This document shows, one piece after another, positions 16,811 through 27,144 of a stretch of DNA of 64,000 nt. The position numbers were made by a program, and so were the translations under genes. Below the pieces are notes generated by a model. That model made no database searches and had not been told where the DNA came from. It saw only the letters and a program-made list of their open reading frames with translations. The DNA is taken from NCBI GenBank assembly GCA_035283405.1, contig DATEUA010000141.1:8984-72983 (forward strand), written 5' to 3'. This stretch comes from Thermoplasmata archaeon (GTDB taxonomy: Archaea; Thermoplasmatota; Thermoplasmata; RBG-16-68-12). The first letter of the stretch is position 1. Every line of letters begins with the position of its first letter.

Positions 16811-19800
16811 GTGGATGAGGGTCGTTCTTGGCTTCGTACCCATTGGCGGACAGCCCTCGCCCTTGCCTTGGTCTTCGGGATCGCCCTCTTCCTGCGCTTC
16901 TACTTCGTCTACGGCCTCGCCTTCACGAACCTGCAACAGACGTGCGCGGGCGGCTCGGGGCTCCCCGTGTCGGGCGGGTCCGACTCCTTCTACTGGCATC
17001 GCGCCCTCTGCTACTCGTTCGAGACAGGGAAAGACAAAACCTTCGATCCGATGCTGAATTACGGGCCGGGGCTCTTCAATCCGCGCCCGCCCCTCTTCCC
17101 GTGGTTCTCCCTCCTCGTGGGCCAGCTCCTCGCGCCGCTGTTCGCCAGCCCGTGGCAGGCGGTCCTGTTCACGTTCCTCGCCTCGACGGGCCTGTTCGGC
17201 GCCCTGACCGTCTTCCCGACGTACGCCCTCACGAAGGAGGCGTTCGGCCGGAGGGCGGGTCTCGTCGCCGCATTCCTGTTCGCCGTGAGTTCGGCGCACA
17301 TGCAACGGAGCCAGGCGACGGATGCGGACCACGACGCCCTGACCCTGTTCTTCGTCGTCTCGACGTTCTACTTCTTCCTCCGGGGCCTGCGGACGATGAA
17401 GCCCCGCCGGTGGGTCGAGACCTGGTTCCGCCGGGAGGCGATCCTCGCCGGGACGAAGGCGTTCTTCCGGGAGAACCGGCCGTCCGTCCTGTACGCTCTC
17501 CTCGCGGGCTTGTGCATCGCGGTGATCGCTCTGTCCTGGCAGGGGTGGGCCTACGTCCCCGTGATCCTGCTCGTGTACTTCGTCGTCCAGCTGTTCCTCG
17601 ACCGGGTGAGGAGCCAGGACACGATGGGCGTCACGATCCTCTTCACGATCTCCCTCCTCGTCCCCCTCGTCGTCGCGTTCCCGTGGTACGCGAGCCGCTT
17701 CCAGATCCGCGTGTGGTACGACGTGCCCGCGTACCTGTTCCTCGTCGCTGCGGTCCTCGGCATCGTGTTCACGGTCACGCGGGACTACCCGTGGACCCTC
17801 GTGATCCCCGCGACCTTCGCCGGCGGCGGAGTGACGCTCGGGCTCCTCGTCCTCGTGAACCCCGCCCTCGCGAGCGCGTTCGTGAGCGGCGCGGGGTACT
17901 TCGTCCAGACGAAGGTATACGAGACGATCGCGGAGGCCCAAGCCCCCGGGCTTTCACAGCTCATCCTCAGCTTCGGGTTCTTCACCTTCTACTTCAGCAT
18001 CGCGGGCGTCGCGTACATGCTCTGGCTCATCCCCCGCCGGCACGAGGCCTCCTACACGCTGATCGTCGTGTGGACCTTCGCCGCGATCTTCATGGCGATG
18101 GCCGCCGCGCGATTCATCTTCAACGCGTCCCCCGCGTTCGCGGTCGCCGCCGCATTCGCGGTCGACCTGGTCCTGACCCGGGCCGACTTCACGGGGATGC
18201 GCCGCACCTATCGCTCCCTGGCGCAGGGGAGCTGGCGGAACGCGCTTCGGAAGAGCCTCAAGCTGCGTCACGTCCTGACGGGCCTCGTCCTCGTCGGGGT
18301 GGTCCTCCTCCCGAACGTGTACTGGGGGATCGACTCGGGGATCCCTTTCGAGCTCAAGTCCCAGTATGACCGCCAGCTGAACGAGGTTCTGCCTTCGTTC
18401 CTCCGGGCCCCCGGCTATACGGACGGCCGGAGTTTCTACTTCGGGGCCTTCGGGTACTCGATCCCTCAGCCGACGGAGTACTTCCCCGCGGCGTGGTCCT
18501 GGTTCCGGGCCCAGGACGCGGACCGGCCGCCCGAACAACGGCCGGCTTTCCTGTCGTGGTGGGACTACGGCTTCGAGGCCGTCGACCGGGGCCGGCACCC
18601 GACCGTCGCGGACAACTTCCAGAACGGGTTCAACTTCGCGGGTCAGTTCATCACGGCCCAGGACGAGGCCCAGGCGGTGGCCCTCCTCGCGATCCGGTCC
18701 CTCGAGGGCGACTTCCGGCGGAACCGCGGGGTGTTCAGCGGGGCGACGGAGCGCGTGCTCGAGTCGTTCGCGATGCCGAAGGACGACTTCGCCCGCGGGA
18801 TCGCCCGCCCGCAGGACCTGATCCCTCTCGTCCGGGCGAATCCGGAGACGTACGGACGATGGGACGCGGAAATGCAGCCCTTCAACGCCATGTACATCTT
18901 CCTCGCGAATCAGATCACGGTCCGGCTGGACGCCGCGCGGATCGCGGACTTCTACCACGCGGTGCGGACCGCGACGGGGATCGACATCGGCTACTTCGCG
19001 GTCGACTCGAGGCTCTTCCCCATCAGTGCGTCGAACACGGGGATCTTCTATGCGCCCGTGAAGCTGGCGGACCACCGCGTCGTCGAGCTGCCGGACGGCC
19101 GGACCCTCCCGACGGAGTTCTTCAAGATCTTCGTCGACACGGACCGAGGCACCCACATCGCCCTCGAGGACCTCCAGCCGGGGGACCGGGTGTCGAGCCA
19201 GTCGATCGAATACCAGCCCATGTTCTACGACTCCATGTTCTACCGGGCGTACGTCGGGTACGAGCCGTCGGAGGTCGGGGTCCCGAACGACAAGGGGATC
19301 CCGGGCTTCACCCAGACGATGGTCAACTTCCCGCCCCACCCCGCGTGGAACCTCTCCCACTTCCGCGTCGTGTACCGGACCGCGTACTACAATCCGTTCC
19401 CGGACCCGGGGAACCACACGGACGCGTGGCGAGCGATCAACTTCGACGAGGGCGGGCGGTTCCAGGAAGAGATCGGCGCAGGGACCCGGACGGGCGTCGT
19501 GGACCTGAGCACCCAGGCCACGACGACCAACGGGATCGTGTTCCTCCGCTACTACGACGGCGCCTGGGTCAACGGCACGGTCCTCGCAGGGGGCGCCACG
19601 CCGGTGTCCGGCGTGCGCGTGACCGTGACCGACGAGCTGGGGACCCCGCACGACACCGCGACGTCGGACGCCTCAGGCCGATACAGCGTCCTGGTTCCCT
19701 TCGGCAACGTCACCCTGTCGGCCTCCGTCGGCCAGGTCGCGCCCGGGAGCCTCGTAGGGAGCCGCCTCCTCGGGTCGACGACGTTCCCCGTGAGCCTCGC

Positions 19801-22800
19801 GCAGGCCTTGCGAGAGAACGTGGACGAGGACGGGGACGGGATGCCCGACTGGATCATGGCCCGGGACCTCTCCATACCCGGAAGCACGGTCTCCGGGCGC
19901 GCGTTCTTCGACCTGAGCGGGGACGGGGCCTTCGGCGCCCTCGATGAAGCGGTCCCTGGCGCGGCTCTCACCTTCACCCACCAAGACCTGTCCTTCACGC
20001 ACACCGCGACCGCGGACTCGGAAGGGTCCTTCGGCCTCCCGACGATCCCGACCGGCGCGTACCTCGTGGAGGTGCGGGCGGACGGACACTCCGTCCCAGC
20101 ACAGGACATCGACCTCGCCTCGTCCGACACCCGAAAGGACGTCGCGATCCCGTTCGCCAGCCTCGACGGAATCGCCTCGGGCGCCGCCGGGGGCGTCCCG
20201 GCCGACATCGAAGTCGTGGACGAGACCACGGGCATCGTGGTCCGCGCGGCCGCTGCGGACGACGGCGCGTTCGAGATCCGGCCCCTCCTCGCCGGGAACT
20301 ACACGATCACGGCATCCTCCGGGGACCTCGCCTCGAACCCCGAGCGGGTCCGCGTGACGCAAGGCGTGCAGCCGCTCAACTTGACCCTCGTGGTATCAGG
20401 CCGGGTCGCCGGCACGACGCGCCTCTTCGGGGTCGACGTCCCGTTCGCGTCCGTCGAGTTCCAGAAGGCCTCGGAGGTCCGCCTCGTGCGGACGGTTCGG
20501 TCCGATGCGTCCGCCTCCTTCGACGTCGTCCTGCCGGCAGGCGAATGGAACGTGGCCGGACGGCTCTACCAGGGCACCGCCCTGTACGCGACCCTGGGAC
20601 GGGTGAGCGTCCGGCCCGGCGAGACGACGCCCTACGTGGCGCGGTTCGTGGACGGCGCGAGACTCGAGGGCGACGTGAACGGCACCGCGACGGACAGCGT
20701 GGACGTTCTGGGGCAGGTCGCTTTCCTCGGCGCCTCCGGGGACTGGTGGATCCGCACGGGTGTGCGAGGAGGATACCTCGCCTTCCTCCCGCGGGGGACG
20801 TACGCGTTCCAGGCCTTCACGGCGAACTCCGGGCTCCAGGGGAACGTGACCCTCGTCACGTCCCACCGACTCGACCTCCAGCTCGTCGCGGGGACGTCCG
20901 CGACGGCTCGCGCGTTCCGGGACCTGGACGCGGACGGGGACTTCGACGCAGGGGAGGGGGTCGCGGGAGCCGAGGTCCGCCTCACGGACGACGCGGCCCA
21001 CCGCGTCCTTGCGGTCTCCGACGACACCGGGGTGTTCCAGCTCTTCGGGTTCGCGAACCGTACCTACTCCGGATTCATCACGGCTCCGGGTTTCAACGGG
21101 ACGGCGGTCGGGCCTGCGACCCTCGCAGAGATCCGGTCCACGGCCCGCTTCGAGCTCTTCCCGCGGCGGGTCCAGGTCCACGGAGCCCTCGTCCTCGATG
21201 GCGTCCCGCTCCTGCGGAGCCTCACGATCCAAGCGATGGCCGCCGGGGACGGAGCCCGGACGACGACGGATGAGACGGATTCGAACGGCGGGTTCCTCCT
21301 CGATCTTCTCCCGGGCCGGTACGAGCTGATCGTCGACACGAACGTGTCCGACTCCCGGGATGTCCGGTTCCAGAACCGCGGGATCGACACGCTGACCGTC
21401 CCGGTCGGGAGCGACCGTCTGCTTCGGGACATCGACGTCGTCGTCCGAGTGCGCGTGACGGGGAACGCGACCCGGTCCGGCTCCGCGGTCGCGTCGACGG
21501 TCATCTTCGAGGGTCCCGACGTGCGGACCGTCGCCTCGGGGACGGGAGGGTACGAGGTGTACCTCCAGGCGGGGGACTACTCCGTCCGCGCGGTGCACTC
21601 GGCCCCGCCGAGCGAATTCGGATTCATGGACGATACGACGATCTCGGGCCCTGTCCGGCTCGGCCTCCCCCTCACGCAGGCTGCGAAAGTGTCCGGCCTG
21701 ACCCTGTTCCAGAACGTCGCGGTCCAAGCCTCCATGCCGATCGCCTTGGCCCGATCGGAGGGCGGGTTCCTCGAAGTGGAGAGCACGTCGACCGGCAGCT
21801 ACAGCACGGTCCTCGTCCCTGGGAACTACTCGGTCCGCCTGGAGGCGGAGCGGACGATCCAGGAGGCTGCCCTGACCCGCTTCTACCGGTTCTCGTTCGT
21901 GGGGACCCTCGTCGTCGCACCCGGCGCCTCCGCGATCACGTTCCATCTGGACCTGGCGCGGACCCTCGACAACACGACCGTCGCGGGCCGGACAAGCCGC
22001 TCCGGGATCGGTGTCGACGCGACCCTCGAATTCGTCGCCCGCAGCTCCGGGTCCCTCGGCGCCGCGGGAACGAGTGCCTCGGACGGGTCCTACGCGATCG
22101 GCCTGGCGCCGGGCACGTACGACGTGTACGCCTTCCGGGCGGTGGGGAGCTCCGCGTTCCTTGCGAGCCTGACCGTGCCCCATGCGGACACGATGCCGTT
22201 CGACGTTTCGTTGAAGTCCGGGTTCCTGCTGGGAGGTGTCGTGACGGACGTCGCGGGGGCTCGCACGACGGCGAGCGTGACGGTGGTGGGGGACGCCCGA
22301 TTGGACCGCGCGACAGACGCGCTCGGGGCGTACCAGGTGTTTCTCCCCGAGGGCGCGTATACGGTCACGGCCACGCGGTCCGGGACGGAGCGCGGGATCG
22401 CGGTGGAGTACCGGGCGACGGCGTCCATGGACCTCGCGGCGGACACGGTGCTCAACCTGCGCCTCGCGAAAGTGGAGCGGCGCTCCGTCACCCTGTCGTG
22501 GGACCCGGTCCAGCGAGAATCCGTCTCCCCCGGCGGCACGATCGTCTACTCTGTCACCGTTCGGAACACGGGGAACGTGCGGGACACATACACCCTCTCC
22601 GGCCGTCCGACGGATTGGACGTTCGACTTCGCCCCCGGGTCCACGTCCCTCGATTTCGGGACGACGGGGAGCACGACGTCCGTCGTCGTGACGATCCGCG
22701 TGCCCTCGGATGCCCCCGTGGTCCACGGGCCCGTCACCGTCGTCGCGAGCTCCTCGGACGGATCGACGTCCGGGACCGTGAACGTAGAGGTCGACATCCG

Positions 22801-23305
22801 CCGGGTCTTCGGCCTGACGATGAAAGTCCTCGGGACCGCAGGGACCTTTGACGGGCAGACCCTCGAGTACACCGTGGAGCTCAGGAACACGGGCAACGCG
22901 CAGGACAGCGTGACCGTGTACGTGGCGAACCCGGATGACCTGAGTTCCTCCGGGTGGACGGCCCTCCTCGGCCGCGAGGGCGGCCTCTCGCCCTCGACCG
23001 GGCGCCTGGAACATCTCCCCGTGAACGCGAACTCGACGGCCCGCCTGCGCCTGCAGCTCCAGTCCCCGAAGGGCGCGAGCGGTGCGACGGTCGTCCTCCA
23101 GGCCGTCTCGGACGACGCGCCGTCCGTCACCGCGTCCGCGGTCCACGTCGCCACGCTCCCCAGCCTTTCCGTACCGGGCGGAATCCAGGCGACGGGCCCG
23201 AACGTCGTCCGCGCGCCGGGCACGAACTGGACCCTCGTCAGTGTCGCGGTCGCGGCAGGCGCCGCGGTCGCGGCGGTCCTCTTCCTGACGCGCCGGAGGC
23301 GGTAA
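16811..23305 (+). CDS. aglB: Oligosaccharyltransferase AglB (STT3 family) with a very long C-terminal array of carboxypeptidase-regulatory-like/Ig-like domains and a C-terminal TM anchor
   Basis: Polytopic N-terminal region with GSDSFY, DADHD (DXD), TIAE (TIXE), WWDYG and DNFQ; then about 1200 aa of beta-sandwich repeats (...G.Y...L.PG.Y.V); ends in a hydrophobic helix + RRRR. Confidence 0.9.
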   Translation: MDEGRSWLRTHWRTALALALVFGIALFLRFYFVYGLAFTNLQQTCAGGSGLPVSGGSDSFYWHRALCYSFETGKDKTFDPMLNYGPGLFNPRPPLFPWFSLLVGQLLAPLFASPWQAVLFTFLASTGLFGALTVFPTYALTKEAFGRRAGLVAAFLFAVSSAHMQRSQATDADHDALTLFFVVSTFYFFLRGLRTMKPRRWVETWFRREAILAGTKAFFRENRPSVLYALLAGLCIAVIALSWQGWAYVPVILLVYFVVQLFLDRVRSQDTMGVTILFTISLLVPLVVAFPWYASRFQIRVWYDVPAYLFLVAAVLGIVFTVTRDYPWTLVIPATFAGGGVTLGLLVLVNPALASAFVSGAGYFVQTKVYETIAEAQAPGLSQLILSFGFFTFYFSIAGVAYMLWLIPRRHEASYTLIVVWTFAAIFMAMAAARFIFNASPAFAVAAAFAVDLVLTRADFTGMRRTYRSLAQGSWRNALRKSLKLRHVLTGLVLVGVVLLPNVYWGIDSGIPFELKSQYDRQLNEVLPSFLRAPGYTDGRSFYFGAFGYSIPQPTEYFPAAWSWFRAQDADRPPEQRPAFLSWWDYGFEAVDRGRHPTVADNFQNGFNFAGQFITAQDEAQAVALLAIRSLEGDFRRNRGVFSGATERVLESFAMPKDDFARGIARPQDLIPLVRANPETYGRWDAEMQPFNAMYIFLANQITVRLDAARIADFYHAVRTATGIDIGYFAVDSRLFPISASNTGIFYAPVKLADHRVVELPDGRTLPTEFFKIFVDTDRGTHIALEDLQPGDRVSSQSIEYQPMFYDSMFYRAYVGYEPSEVGVPNDKGIPGFTQTMVNFPPHPAWNLSHFRVVYRTAYYNPFPDPGNHTDAWRAINFDEGGRFQEEIGAGTRTGVVDLSTQATTTNGIVFLRYYDGAWVNGTVLAGGATPVSGVRVTVTDELGTPHDTATSDASGRYSVLVPFGNVTLSASVGQVAPGSLVGSRLLGSTTFPVSLAQALRENVDEDGDGMPDWIMARDLSIPGSTVSGRAFFDLSGDGAFGALDEAVPGAALTFTHQDLSFTHTATADSEGSFGLPTIPTGAYLVEVRADGHSVPAQDIDLASSDTRKDVAIPFASLDGIASGAAGGVPADIEVVDETTGIVVRAAAADDGAFEIRPLLAGNYTITASSGDLASNPERVRVTQGVQPLNLTLVVSGRVAGTTRLFGVDVPFASVEFQKASEVRLVRTVRSDASASFDVVLPAGEWNVAGRLYQGTALYATLGRVSVRPGETTPYVARFVDGARLEGDVNGTATDSVDVLGQVAFLGASGDWWIRTGVRGGYLAFLPRGTYAFQAFTANSGLQGNVTLVTSHRLDLQLVAGTSATARAFRDLDADGDFDAGEGVAGAEVRLTDDAAHRVLAVSDDTGVFQLFGFANRTYSGFITAPGFNGTAVGPATLAEIRSTARFELFPRRVQVHGALVLDGVPLLRSLTIQAMAAGDGARTTTDETDSNGGFLLDLLPGRYELIVDTNVSDSRDVRFQNRGIDTLTVPVGSDRLLRDIDVVVRVRVTGNATRSGSAVASTVIFEGPDVRTVASGTGGYEVYLQAGDYSVRAVHSAPPSEFGFMDDTTISGPVRLGLPLTQAAKVSGLTLFQNVAVQASMPIALARSEGGFLEVESTSTGSYSTVLVPGNYSVRLEAERTIQEAALTRFYRFSFVGTLVVAPGASAITFHLDLARTLDNTTVAGRTSRSGIGVDATLEFVARSSGSLGAAGTSASDGSYAIGLAPGTYDVYAFRAVGSSAFLASLTVPHADTMPFDVSLKSGFLLGGVVTDVAGARTTASVTVVGDARLDRATDALGAYQVFLPEGAYTVTATRSGTERGIAVEYRATASMDLAADTVLNLRLAKVERRSVTLSWDPVQRESVSPGGTIVYSVTVRNTGNVRDTYTLSGRPTDWTFDFAPGSTSLDFGTTGSTTSVVVTIRVPSDAPVVHGPVTVVASSSDGSTSGTVNVEVDIRRVFGLTMKVLGTAGTFDGQTLEYTVELRNTGNAQDSVTVYVANPDDLSSSGWTALLGREGGLSPSTGRLEHLPVNANSTARLRLQLQSPKGASGATVVLQAVSDDAPSVTASAVHVATLPSLSVPGGIQATGPNVVRAPGTNWTLVSVAVAAGAAVAAVLFLTRRRR

Positions 23306-23306
23306 G

Positions 23307-24074
23307 ATGCGTTCGGTGCTCTTCGCCCTAGCGGTCCTCGTCGCGCTCGCGGCGTTCGTCCCGGTCTCAGGGCGCGTCGACGGCCAGTCCGTCTTCGGGA
23401 GCATCGCGGGCCCGACGGCTCTCGCACCCCGGCAAAGCGCGACGTACAATGTGACGATCATCGGCGGACCGGAGACTCCACCGGTGAACTACAGCCTCGA
23501 CTTCTACCTCGACGGCGCGGACCTCACGGGCGGTTCCCCGACGAAAGCGGCTCCCCAGACGACGTCCGGGAGCCAGACGACGATCCGCATCGACGTGACC
23601 GCGCCGGAGGGGGACCAGGTCGTCATCCTGGTCGTCCGGATCTCCGCGCAATCCGGGGACGTCGTCGTGAAGGGGACCGCGGACCTGTCCATCCAGGTCC
23701 TCACCCCGATCATCCTCCGCGCGACGTTCCGCAATGACGCCTCGACCTCCGCGCTCAACGTGACGGTACGATTCTACGTGGACGACGAGCTCGTCGGGAC
23801 GCGCTCCATCGCGCGCCTCAACGGGTCGGCCTCGCAGACCGTGAACATGAACTACCTGCCGGTAGGGATCGCCGCGGGCGCCCATTCCGTCCGCGTTGAG
23901 GCGGACTTGGATCGAGATGGAGTCATCGACGGGGCTCGGGGGGAGATCGTCCTGTCGGACTTCTTCATCCAGGAGTCTGCATCCCTCAGCGAGGGCTGGA
24001 ACCTGATCATCGGGATCGCGGTGTTCCTGATCGTCTTCGTGATCGCCGCCGCGGCGCGGCGACGACGGACCTGA
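23307..24074 (+). CDS. Membrane-anchored CARDB/Ig-like surface protein
   Basis: Signal peptide; NVTVRFYVDDELVG...GAHSVRVEAD; C-terminal TM + RRRR; starts 1 nt after the aglB stop. Confidence 0.75.
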   Translation: MRSVLFALAVLVALAAFVPVSGRVDGQSVFGSIAGPTALAPRQSATYNVTIIGGPETPPVNYSLDFYLDGADLTGGSPTKAAPQTTSGSQTTIRIDVTAPEGDQVVILVVRISAQSGDVVVKGTADLSIQVLTPIILRATFRNDASTSALNVTVRFYVDDELVGTRSIARLNGSASQTVNMNYLPVGIAAGAHSVRVEADLDRDGVIDGARGEIVLSDFFIQESASLSEGWNLIIGIAVFLIVFVIAAAARRRRT

Positions 24075-24075
24075 G

Positions 24076-24690
24076 TCACGCAGGCTCGAGGAGCCAGACG
24101 TCCGCGTGGTTCCGCAGGAGCATCCCGAGACGCGTCCTCGAGATCCCCGCGCGCTTCAGGAGCGGGTTGAGCCGGTCGTTCGGCGGGACGGCCTTCTCCC
24201 CGTCGACCCAGACGGACGCGAGGGGCTCGTAGCGGACCGGCTTTCCTCCGACGCGGATCCGCGCGGCGGCGGACTCGCGGAACGTGTGGAGCACGATGTG
24301 CAACGAGGTGACCGCGATAGGTCGGACCTTCGCATTGTAGTACTCCGCCGCTTCGCGGTGGACGGGGGCGAACGCACCGACACGCTTCGCGTATTCCCGC
24401 CAGCCGCGCTCGAAGGGAGAGCGGGGGCTCGCCATGCACCGGTCCGTCACGGGGCGGACTTCCTCGAACGTCGCGAGAATCGACTGCCCGTCCCGGAGGG
24501 CTGCGAGGAATTCGGGCCAGTCCGCATACTCCTCCTCGGGCATGGCCGAGGCGAGGTGCTTCGCCAGGCCCACGAGGTAGTTGTTCAGGCCTGCGACGCC
24601 GACCTTCGCGGCGAGATCCTCGAGGAACAGGTGGGTCGCGATCTCCACGAACGGATTGCTCTCCGGGAGCCGGACCTCCGTCGAGGTCAT
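24076..24690 (-). CDS. Hypothetical protein, Cys-less paralog of 24687-25307 (putative V4R-like fold)
   Basis: ATG at 24690 overlaps the upstream stop (ATGA) after GAAGGGGG; aligns end to end with its neighbour. Confidence 0.7.
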   Translation of the reverse strand: MTSTEVRLPESNPFVEIATHLFLEDLAAKVGVAGLNNYLVGLAKHLASAMPEEEYADWPEFLAALRDGQSILATFEEVRPVTDRCMASPRSPFERGWREYAKRVGAFAPVHREAAEYYNAKVRPIAVTSLHIVLHTFRESAAARIRVGGKPVRYEPLASVWVDGEKAVPPNDRLNPLLKRAGISRTRLGMLLRNHADVWLLEPA

Positions 24691-25307
24691 AGGTCCCCCT
24701 TCAGGTGGGCTCCCCGCATGACGAGGCCGTACACGCACTCGTAGTTCCGCAGGAGCGCCCGGACATGTTGCTCGCTGATGTTGATCTTCTCGAGATTCTT
24801 AGACGAGATCTTCGTCTCGCCCCGCCATCCTTTCGTCGCAAGGAGATAGCACTGGAGCGGGTTCCCAGAGACGAAGATGTTCTTCGCGATCTCCTCCCGA
24901 AAGCGTTCGTGGAAGACGCAGAAGTTGCACACCGCGATGTCGTGGACGTTTTCATTGTACTCCGAGGCCACGGCGACGTCCGCGGGGCTCATCTGGCCGA
25001 CGCTGAACCGGGTCCTCAGGATCGTTGGGACGTAGCAGCACTGACGCATCGCGTAGAGGTATCCCACGATATCCCTGTCCACGTCCGTGATCGCCATGTC
25101 CGTGAGGGGCATGACCTCGCCTTCGATGCTGAACGCGGTCCGGCCCTCCCGGACGGCCACGTTGAACGAGGTCCATCCGAGGTAGCCCTCCTTGCCCATC
25201 CGGCTCGCGAGGTTGTCTCCGACCCGCTGCCAGAACTCGACGACGCCTTCGGATCCGGCCTTGTCGATCATGTCCTCGATGAGGGACGCGAGGGCGACGT
25301 CGAGCAT
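24687..25307 (-). CDS. Hypothetical Cys-rich protein (putative V4R/MetOD1/Bet3-like fold)
   Basis: Helical N-terminus with G..LA; QCCY, VCNFCVFH and terminal ECVYGL resemble the V4R Cys pattern. The fold assignment is inference. Confidence 0.7.
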   Translation of the reverse strand: MLDVALASLIEDMIDKAGSEGVVEFWQRVGDNLASRMGKEGYLGWTSFNVAVREGRTAFSIEGEVMPLTDMAITDVDRDIVGYLYAMRQCCYVPTILRTRFSVGQMSPADVAVASEYNENVHDIAVCNFCVFHERFREEIAKNIFVSGNPLQCYLLATKGWRGETKISSKNLEKINISEQHVRALLRNYECVYGLVMRGAHLKGDL

Positions 25308-25332
25308 GATCAGGGACCTCGGACCATGGGGA

Positions 25333-26121
25333 TCACACGAAGGACGTCAGGACCTGCTTGAGGTGGGCCTTCCATTCTCGTTCCGCCTTCTCCGCAACCG
25401 TGTCCCCGCGCAGGTCGCGGACCCGATCGAGCACGAACGCAAGGAACCGGTCCCAGTGGTTCGGGGTCATGTACGCGGTCGACGTACCGATCTCGTTGAA
25501 CCCTAAGGTGACGATCTCCTCGAGCTGACCCGGCCCGACGAGCGAGCCGATCCTGCCTCGGAGGAACGCCTCGATCTCCTTGTTCTTTCGATACTCCTTC
25601 GTCTCCTCGAACTTCTCGACGAACAGGATGCGGGTAAGCTTCTTGAGCTCGGCCGCAACCGCCTCGTCGTACTTTCCGAGGATCTCTGGCGTGATAGGCC
25701 TCGATTCGAACAGGTGGCGCACGACGATCGACGTCTTCACGATGTTGCTCAGGATTCCCTGCATCTTGGTGAGCTCGACCCGCTTCGTCGTCAGGAACAC
25801 GAGGAAGGCGCGGTCCCCGACCCCGGAGATGACCATCGTGCCCGCCTCGAACTGCTGGACGGACATCATCATGTTCTGACCGCTCAGCTGGCTGCAGATG
25901 TGGCCCAGGTTCCCCTTGAGGAGGTTCAGGAGCCGATACTGGCCCGGATCGAGGGTCTGCGGGATGGACGACGCGAAGATCCGGCCGTCGACCCCGAGGA
26001 ACAGGGCGATGTCGAGGCCGTTCTCCTCCCGGGAGCGGCGCAACTCCGTGTCGAGGAGGTGCTTCAAGTGGCCGACCGTCGCGGCCCCCATCGTCTTGTC
26101 GACCTGGCCCGCGTAGGGCAT
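25333..26121 (-). CDS. Roadblock/LAMTOR2-domain protein with helical C-terminal extension
   Basis: ALFLGVDGRIFASSIP, QQFEAGTMVISGVGDRAFLVFLT; ATG directly abuts the upstream KaiC stop. Confidence 0.78.
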   Translation of the reverse strand: MPYAGQVDKTMGAATVGHLKHLLDTELRRSREENGLDIALFLGVDGRIFASSIPQTLDPGQYRLLNLLKGNLGHICSQLSGQNMMMSVQQFEAGTMVISGVGDRAFLVFLTTKRVELTKMQGILSNIVKTSIVVRHLFESRPITPEILGKYDEAVAAELKKLTRILFVEKFEETKEYRKNKEIEAFLRGRIGSLVGPGQLEEIVTLGFNEIGTSTAYMTPNHWDRFLAFVLDRVRDLRGDTVAEKAEREWKAHLKQVLTSFV

Positions 26122-27045
26122 CTAGCCGCCCCGTCTCAACCCGAACGAGCGGAAGACGATCTCGAGAGCTTCCTCAGGCGAGTAGTCGTAGTCCCAATGG
26201 GCCCGCATCCGCCGGATCTTCTCGATCACCCGCGCGGGGGCCTTCATCGCCTCCGCCGTCTTGATCGCCTCGTCGAACGTCTTCGCGTACGAACGACCGG
26301 CTTCCTCCGGCACGAGGAAGGGGCTCGCGCGGACGACGATGCCGACGCCCCGGGCGAAGATGTACGGATAGACTCCCTCGCCGTGGTGGACGCCGCGCAT
26401 CTTGAGGATCTTGACCGTCCGGTTGAAGGCCCCTCCGATCGGATAGTACTCGAGGTGGATCGCAACGTCGGAGAGGTAGATAGGGAGGAGGATGTCCTCC
26501 CCGATCGTCTCCCCCGGGCGGGCGTGTTCCTCGACCGTGCACAGGACCACGCCGAGCTGCTTCAACGTGTAGAACAGCTTGCCGATGAGTTCGCGCTGCT
26601 CCAACTTGTCCTGGGTCGCCCAGATCACCGGGGTCATCGGATCGATCACGACCCGGGTGGCGATATTGTAGTCCGCGCGCGCCTTCACGAGCTGAGGCAG
26701 CTGCTCCTCGATCATCTTCTTGAAGTTCTTTCCCTTGAGATGGATGAAGAACAGGGACTTCTCGTAGTGCTTTCGCATGTCGAAGCCCATCAGTTCCGCC
26801 TCGCGCATGATCTGTTCGGGCGGCTCCTCTAGGCTGACGTAGAGGCCCTGCTCCCCCTGCTCGATCCCTTCCATAAGGAACTGGATCGCGAATGTCGACT
26901 TCCCGGTCCCGCTCGACCCGAGAATCACGATCGTGGACTTGGGCCAGTAGCCGCCCTCGATGAGGTCGTCAAGGCCTGGAATCCCGCTCGGGACCCGTTC
27001 CGACTTCGCCGATGGTTCCGGTTCCTGTGTCTCCTGAGCCAGCAT
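26122..27045 (-). CDS. KaiC/RAD55-like ATPase with C-terminal extension
   Basis: SGIPGLDDLIEGG, GSSGTGKS, YVSLEE, RVVIDP, RTVKILKMRGVHH. Confidence 0.9.
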   Translation of the reverse strand: MLAQETQEPEPSAKSERVPSGIPGLDDLIEGGYWPKSTIVILGSSGTGKSTFAIQFLMEGIEQGEQGLYVSLEEPPEQIMREAELMGFDMRKHYEKSLFFIHLKGKNFKKMIEEQLPQLVKARADYNIATRVVIDPMTPVIWATQDKLEQRELIGKLFYTLKQLGVVLCTVEEHARPGETIGEDILLPIYLSDVAIHLEYYPIGGAFNRTVKILKMRGVHHGEGVYPYIFARGVGIVVRASPFLVPEEAGRSYAKTFDEAIKTAEAMKAPARVIEKIRRMRAHWDYDYSPEEALEIVFRSFGLRRGG

Positions 27046-27144
27046 GGGGTGGGAGCCTCCGCTATCGAGGATTCGGCGAACGATGCCATCCGCCTTTTTA
27101 ATAGGGTTCCGACCTGGAAATCTACCCTGATAACGAGACGCATG

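Noticed and set aside
20396..23461. 1021-aa minus-strand ORF and many other long antisense or alternate-frame ORFs (e.g. 12690-14474, 41638-43341, 61973-63580)
   Set aside because: Arg/Pro/Gly-rich shadows of real genes, expected at this GC content; no motifs.
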